A DNA stretch of 64,000 nt from the human T2T-CHM13v2.0 reference genome, Homo sapiens, in NCBI RefSeq assembly GCF_009914755.1, contig NC_060925.1. The stretch is one strand, 5' to 3'. Numbering within the stretch: the stretch's first letter is position 1; every line of letters starts with the position of its first letter. Positions 56,063 to 64,000 of this stretch are shown one piece after another. The notes beneath the pieces were generated by a model. It saw only the letters and a program-made list of their open reading frames with translations, made no database searches and was not told the origin of the DNA. The position numbers were made by a program, and so were the translations under genes.

Positions 56063-57406
56063 TAACCACTTACTCTATTGTTTGTTAAAGTGTTCTTCAA
56101 GAGGCTTGTTTAAAACAATAGTCAGTGCTTACAATTTGAAGAATGCATATTCTGATTACTAAATCTATGTTAAATTTCCTAGCTTCCCTCTTTTTATTTC
56201 TCATTACTGATTCAGCCATACTTGCTTGTTATTGCCATTTTCTTCCATAAAAAGAAAATTTTCTGTTTACCGAAACAAAAGGCAACCTGAAATATCAGTT
56301 TATTTTAATGTATACACTTTTAAGGCTGTAGATGAAACAGTCAAATGTATATTTATAATATTTACTCTGGAAGTTTACTTAAACATTCATATTTTAAAAT
56401 CTGTAAAATTTTTTTTTTTTTTTTTTTTTGCCAATTCTCACGTAGGCTGTAAAGGTAACCTCTATAGGCTCCCCAAACCAGCATTGAGTAAGACTATTTC
56501 AGCCCGAATGTTTCTTGCCTAAACAGTATTTTATTTTCTTTAAGTAATTATATGTGCTTTCTTAAGGTATTGGCTCTTTTCCTCCCTTCCACAGTGAGGA
56601 ACACTTACACCCGTTGATCAGGATGGGCTTGAATATTTGCCCCCATTGTATTGCTGATGGACCCTTGTGATAATTTATCTAATAATATTATCTAATATTA
56701 TAAGCTCTGAGAAGATTTTAAAAACACATTCAAATCCCTTACAAATATGTAATTCCCAATACTATTCTAGAGGGTGCCCTCCCAAAGGGTGAAGGAACAT
56801 TATTATTTCTGTCTTGGTTGTAATATCCATTTGGGGCTATAGATGTCAGCTATATTTGTGGAGGGCAAATGGTACCTAACTACTTCAAACTTTATCTTTC
56901 TCTTCCACCCTCATACTTCACTTTAGCTGAAGAGTAAAAACACTAAAGGTCTATAGATCTGGGTATTTTTTAGTTATAGTAAAAGACACACAACACACAA
57001 TTTACCATTTTAATCATTTTTAGGTATATAGTTCAGTGGCATTAAGTACATGTACATTTTTGTGTAAACATGGCCACCATGTTGCTACAGATCTTATCAT
57101 CCCACACTGAAACTCTACTCATTAAACAATAATCTGATCTTTCTCCTCTCTCTCTATCCCCTGCCAACCAAACACTATTTTATTTTCTATCTCTAAGAAT
57201 TTGACTATACTAAAGCAACTGAAAAAAGTGGAATGGTACAATATTTTTCTTTTGTGTCTGGCTCTTTCACTTAGTGTGATGTCTTTAAGATTCATCCATG
57301 TTGTAGAATATGTCAGAATTTCCTCCCTTTTTAAAGTTGAATAGGCCGGGCATGGTGGCTCATGCCTGTAATCCTAGCACTTTGGGAGGCCAAGGTGGGT
57401 GGATCA

Positions 57407-57688
<282 letters not shown>

Positions 57689-57870
57689 CTACCCTCTATT
57701 TTGTGCCTGGGAGAGTGCAAATTAAACTGACATAAGGCATTAACAGGAGAATAAAGTTTTATTTATACACACATGAACGCAACAAAAGAAGCAGCAAGCT
57801 CACTAAGTGATTAAAGTTAGAGCTTACATACGTAACATGGGGAAAGGGAGGGCAGAAAAAGCTTCTATGA

Positions 57871-58206
<336 letters not shown>

Positions 58207-58462
58207 TAACATTTTTGATTATGTTGATAATTTTTTAAATGCAGGGCCACTGATCCTTCTGTTTGCTTATTGCCATTCCTCAAGAGGGCATTTATAGTAG
58301 CTTACTCTCAATCTTCCTGGGGGTCGACCCACCTCAAGAGGGAATGTTTGATAGCCTCATTTCCTAGAACTTGCTGCTTAGTCACATAAGGGAAGCTCTG
58401 AGAAGGCTTTTTTCTGCATCTGTTAAATCTAAAGTATCTTTAGTTTATAATAATCTTCATAC

Positions 58463-59397
58463 TGAAGCCAGATAGTCCCCTGACCCCTTTGTGGGACTTG
58501 TGACAGAGGTGCCCTGTTTACTCAGCCCACTGCTCTCCTCGAGGGAGGGAGTGTGTGAGTGAACAAGGTGGGAACTGGAGTACATGCCTGCTGGAACCAT
58601 CTGACTGCTTTGGCACTGGCAAGAGTAAACTCCACTCACTCAGACCTGCAGCGTTCACCCCTCATGGGAGGGGAGCACTCAGGTGAGCGGGTGCAGGAGC
58701 CTGGGCAAGCGCTTTTGGGTACTGGCAGGAGCAAATTCTGTGCAGGCCCAGCGGCAGCATCTAGGGGAGGTGCGTGCAACCCCCGAAGCCCCAGTGGGCG
58801 TGTTACGGTGATCTTTTAGCTCTGCCATCTGCGGACGGCTTAAGTGTTAACAGTTCAGTGAGCCCTCTGCCTTTTCACGTGAGGCCGCTGCCCTCTGCCA
58901 GCGAGGGCAAAGGGCCAGTGTGACAGCCTTTTGTATCCACACTTGTGGCTCCTGAGCGCTTTCTGGTATCCAGGAAAAATGAGGCTGCATGAATGAATTG
59001 AAGGATGGCAAATGCGGGGATTTTATTGCCAATAAAGTGGCTCTCAGTGGGAAGGGGAGCTGCAAAGGAGATGGGGAGGTGGGTAGGTAATCTTCCCCAG
59101 AAGTCCAGCCATCTCTGGCTGGATTATTCTCCAGAGTTTCACCATCAAGCTGTCCCTCTAAAGTCAAGCTGCTTTTCTCTGATGTCCAGCTGTAGTCCCT
59201 GACATCCAGCTGCTTCTTCTCTCTGCCAGCTGAGTCTAGGGTCTTTATAGGCACAGGATAGAGCAGGGCGAGGGCATGGGTGGTTTAGGAAAAGGTAACA
59301 TTTGAGCAGGAAAACAGTTTGGGCCATGGTTTTAGGCTTGAGGGTGGGGTTTTGTCAGGGACCTGCCCTTAAATTTCTCTGCCTCCTGTCACTACCA
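58463..59397 (-). mobile_element. ERV1 solo LTR of the MER52/LTR1/LTR28 group, nested in another LTR
   Basis: TG...CA ends, TSD atac at 58459-58462 and 59398-59401; minus-strand start tggtagtgacaggaggcagagaaat; GC-rich. Confidence 0.75.
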
Positions 59398-60049
59398 ATA
59401 CCAACTCTGAGGTTCCTATAGGTCCCCACCATATATACCACATTTTGTTTTTCCATTCATCTGTTGATGGATATTTAGGTTGTTTCTACCTTTGGCCATT
59501 GCGAATAATGGTGTTATGAACATTGGTATATAAATATCTGTTGAAATCCCTGCTTTCAGTTCTTTTTAGTATATACTCAGCAGTGGAATTGCTGGATCAT
59601 ATGCTAATTCTATATTTAATTTTTGGGGAGCTATACTGTTCTCTACAGCAAGCAGCTGCACCAGTTTATATTTCCATTAGCAAAGCACAAGGTTTCAAAT
59701 TTCTCCACAGTCTCTCCAACACTTGTTTGTTGGCTTTTTGTTTGCTTCTTAGGAGTATAAAGTGCTATCTTATGTTTTGTTTTGCATTATCCTAACAATT
59801 AGTGATATTGAGCATCCTTTCATGTGCTTATTTGGCCATCTTTATGTATTCTTTGGAGAAATGTCTGTTCAAGTCCTTTGTCCATTTTTTAAAGATTTGG
59901 TTTTTGTTTTTTTTGTTTTTTTTTTTTTGCCTGAGGGTTATTTACCTAAGAATAATTCTATGTTCTTATTTTCTTCTCTTTTTAGAAAAAAAAACTTCTC
60001 TATTTGAAAAAAAAAACCAGAAAAAAGAAATTCTTGTTTATTTAATTTA

Positions 60050-60884
<835 letters not shown>

Positions 60885-61212
60885 AGAAATTCCTGTTTAT
60901 AAATATCTCACCTATCATACCCAATGTATTGAAATCCCAGATTTGGATATCAATTTTCTTCTTCTTCATTTACTATTAACAGAATTACCATTAACTTTGT
61001 TTAAGAAGTCCAAATGGCCCCAAATTACAACCTTCTTCTTTTTAACTGCTCAGTTCCTTCCAAATCCTCACTGTTTTCTGTAAGAAGTTCTTGCTTATTT
61101 TATTCTAGGCAACTATGTAGTCAGATCCCCTTTCTTACCCCTATTTAATATTTGAGTTGAATTCTATGTTCCTTAGGCTCCATTAGGTATCTGATATAGT
61201 TACATACTTACC

Positions 61213-61790
61213 CGAGGCGAGCAAAAATCACCTGGTGACCATGAAGCAGGCCATCTGGAGGCAAAACTCCTTATCTGAGGAATTTAGATGTATAATGAAG
61301 AGAGCAAAGATTACCTGGTGGTCATCAACTATGCCATCCAGAGGCAAAACTCCTTATCTGAGGAATTTAGAAGCAATTAGACTTCCCTGTTATCTAAAGC
61401 CAGCATCTGGTTACCAGGCTGCTTTCCCAAAAATTTATAAGTAGCTAGAATTTCTATATGTCTCCTGAATGCATGCATATCGAAACTCATTGTGCAGCCT
61501 TTGCTGACATCAAGGCACCAACATGTCTACAAATGTAATCAATCTATCATGACCTGCAAAACTAATAGGGTCCAAATTACCCTTACGCTCCTGCTTTAAG
61601 GTCTATAAATACCCCTAAGGAAAATCCTCGGAGGCCCACTCAGTCCTCTCTTGCTGAAGCGCCCCACTACAGTGTTCTTTCTGTCTAATAAAACTTGACT
61701 TTTCAAGCCTGTGCTGTTGTCAGTAAATTCTCTTTACTACCTGCGTGCCAATCACTTTCTGTTGCTGGGGCTCTGCTACCTTGCCCAGCA
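61213..61790 (+). mobile_element. MER83/MER84-like solo LTR with an internal ~80-bp tandem repeat
   Basis: aatcacctggtgaccatgaagcaggccatctggaggcaaaactccttatctgaggaatttag occurs twice in diverged form; tataaa and aataaa present; flanks ttacc/ttacc. Confidence 0.7.
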
Positions 61791-62044
61791 TTACCAAATT
61801 CATAATCTACTTTGCAAAGCTGGAAGTATTTTGTATATCGGCTTATGAATGATCCTTCTCTTATCATTGAAGTCTGACCACTTTACAGAAAAAGTAGACC
61901 ATTTTCAAAACAAAATTCACATTTTGTTTTGAACAACCAAAATTCCAGCAATAAAGAATAACATAGTGTTACCTTAAATAAATTATGGTACATCCCTAAG
62001 GTGGCTATAAAATAGTCATTTAAATTTGTACTGATAAAATTTCT

Positions 62045-62346
62045 TATTTTTATTATTTATTTATTTATAAAGACAGGGTCTCACTCTTTTGCCCAGGCTG
62101 GAGTGTCATGATCACAGCTCACTGCAGCCTCACCCTCCCAGGCTCAGGCTATCCTCCCACCTCAGCCTCCTGAGTAGCTGGGACTGCAGGCACACACCGC
62201 TATGCCTGGCTAGTTTTTATAATTTTTTTGTAGAGATGGGGTTTCGCCATATTGACCAGCTTGTCTCAAACTCCTGGCCTTAAGTGATCTACACATTTTG
62301 GCCTCCCAAAGTGCTGGGATTATAGGCATGAGCCACTGCACCCGGC
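62045..62346 (-). mobile_element. AluJ
   Basis: Alu consensus. Confidence 0.87.
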
Positions 62347-62399
62347 AATAAAATTTTTTAAAATATGAAAAGATACTTAAAGTGAAAATATGATGTTTT

Positions 62400-63052
62400 C
62401 TATCTTAGTCTGTTTGGCCTGCTATAACAAGATACCATTAACTGGGTAGCTTATAAACAAAACAAATTTATTTCTCACAGTTATGAAGGCTGGGAAGTCC
62501 AAGATGAAGGTGTCCACACATTTGGTGTCTGGTGATGTTAGAGGCAGGAGGCGGACAAAGGCTTAGGCAGATTAGGAAGGGTCCCTGGAGAATCTCTGAC
62601 CTCCCCTACAAGTGTTTACACCACATGTTTTGTACAGATAAGGGAACCTGCACAGGGAGTTTGCCTAGGCATGCCCACAGCAGGCTGGAGACCCATGCAC
62701 TGGGGGGAATGGGGTGGAGCCACCAGGAATTTGTGTCTTATGCAGGGGAGGAGCCTGGCCTCTTCAGCTGCTGTGGGGTGGCCCAGGTATTCAATTTGGG
62801 ATGTGAAAATCTGCTTGCGGGACCCCCTCTCTTTGCTGAGAGCTTTCTTTTTGCTTAAAAATTCCACCCTCCTCACTCTTCAGTGTGTCCGTGTGCCTAA
62901 TTCTTCCTGATCATGAGACAAGAACCCAGATTAGCTGAGTTAAGGAGCAAAAATTCTGCATCAGTGAGGGCCCCCTTTCTGGTTCATAAATGTCATCCTT
63001 TAGCTGTGTCCTCACAGGGTGGAAGAGTGGAATGAGCTCCCTTGGGCCTATT

Positions 63053-63095
<43 letters not shown>

Positions 63096-63540
63096 TTTTT
63101 GAGACAGTGTCTCTCTGTCACTCAGGCTGGAGTGCAATGGCCTGTTCTCAGCTCACTGCAACTTCTGCCTCCCAGATTCAAGTGGTTCTCCTCAGCCTCC
63201 CAAGTAGCTGGGATTACAGCCATGCACCACCATGCCTGGCTAATTTTTGTATTTTTAGTAGAGACAGGGTTTCCCCATGTTGGCTGGGCTGGTCTCAAAT
63301 GCCTGGTTCAAGTGATCCACCTGCCTTGGCCTCCCAAAGTGTTGGGATTACAGGTGTGAGCCACCACACCCAGCCCCTTGGGCCTATTTTATAAAGGCAC
63401 TACTAATCCCATTCACCAGGGCTCTGCCCTCATAACTCTATCACCCCACAAAAGTCCCCACTTCTAAATATCTTCACCTTGGGGGTTAGGATTTTAACAT
63501 ATGAATTTGCAGGGTCAGGGGAAACATAAATATTTTAGCA
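62400..63540 (-). mobile_element. MLT1A-like MaLR LTR split by the MER61-like LTR and an Alu (about 63052-63375)
   Basis: tcttagtctgtttggcctgctataacaagatacc...aggctgggaagtccaagat, and gggggttaggattttaacatatgaattt; the Alu has TSD ccttgggcctatttta. Confidence 0.8.
62536..62963 (+). mobile_element. MER61-like solo LTR (ERV1) inserted in an MLT1 LTR
   Basis: tgttagaggcaggagg...ttctgcatca; TG..CA ends; TSD gtga at 62532-62535 and 62964-62967. Confidence 0.8.
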
Positions 63541-64000
63541 TTCTGGAAGATTGTGACTTTGGAAAACCATAAAAAACATGTATATAAAAGCAAGATGGGA
63601 GGAAAATGCAGTTAAGTTATCAACAGCACTTATCTGTAGGTTTTAGGTTTTAGGTTTGATAACTTAGGTATTCACCAGGCAGATAAGAGTGCTAACAAAC
63701 GCTTATAGATATGAAAATTTATCACATATTTTGGAGTCAGCAAGGAAGCTATTTATTTGTAGATATCAGAGCAACACAATCCAGGAGGCTGTGTGTATCA
63801 GCAGTTGACCTTGCTTGACTTGATAGATCTTTTATTCCTCTACCTTGGTAAATGTTTATTTAAATCCACTTATTAATGCTTATAAAACAGTTTTTTTGGT
63901 TAAAAATCCAAGTTTTAGAATAAACAGATTTTATTAGCCTATACTCTTGCAGATATTGTTACCAGCATTTGTTACTGCTTACCACAGTATAAACCATTAC

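Noticed and set aside
61225-61372. ~80-bp tandem repeat as an array-like system
   Set aside because: Only two copies, internal to an ERV LTR, with no spacers and no associated genes.

Overview
Human-like (primate) genomic DNA, very Alu-rich, lying entirely inside one + strand gene that I recognise from its peptide as PATJ (INADL), the Crumbs-complex multi-PDZ scaffold. Six internal coding exons (11760-11894, 16234-16395, 22466-22597, 44862-45071, 50383-50499, 53069-53464) have canonical AG/GT ends. All are phase 0 and splice into one 1152-nt (384-aa) open frame covering two PDZ domains (probably PDZ4 and PDZ5) and the acidic linker that follows. The rest is intron: about 40 Alus including a perfect AluYa5, a 2.2-kb L1 3' fragment, several solo LTRs (THE1, MST, MLT1, MER41A, MER61-, MER84- and MER52/LTR28-like), DNA-transposon fossils, MIR/L2 remnants, two U6 retropseudogenes and microsatellites. 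Almost all supplied ORFs are repeat-derived and spurious. I see no evidence of a wholly new biological system. The best leads are a 99-nt splice-competent cassette at 7236-7334 containing 'TAA ATG' in frame with the next exon (alternative first exon or poison exon), a possibly polymorphic AluYa5, a p53-type site in a MER61-like LTR, a shared deletion in both U6 copies, and several local duplications and palindromes. Repeat subfamily names come from recalled consensus sequences, not from a search.
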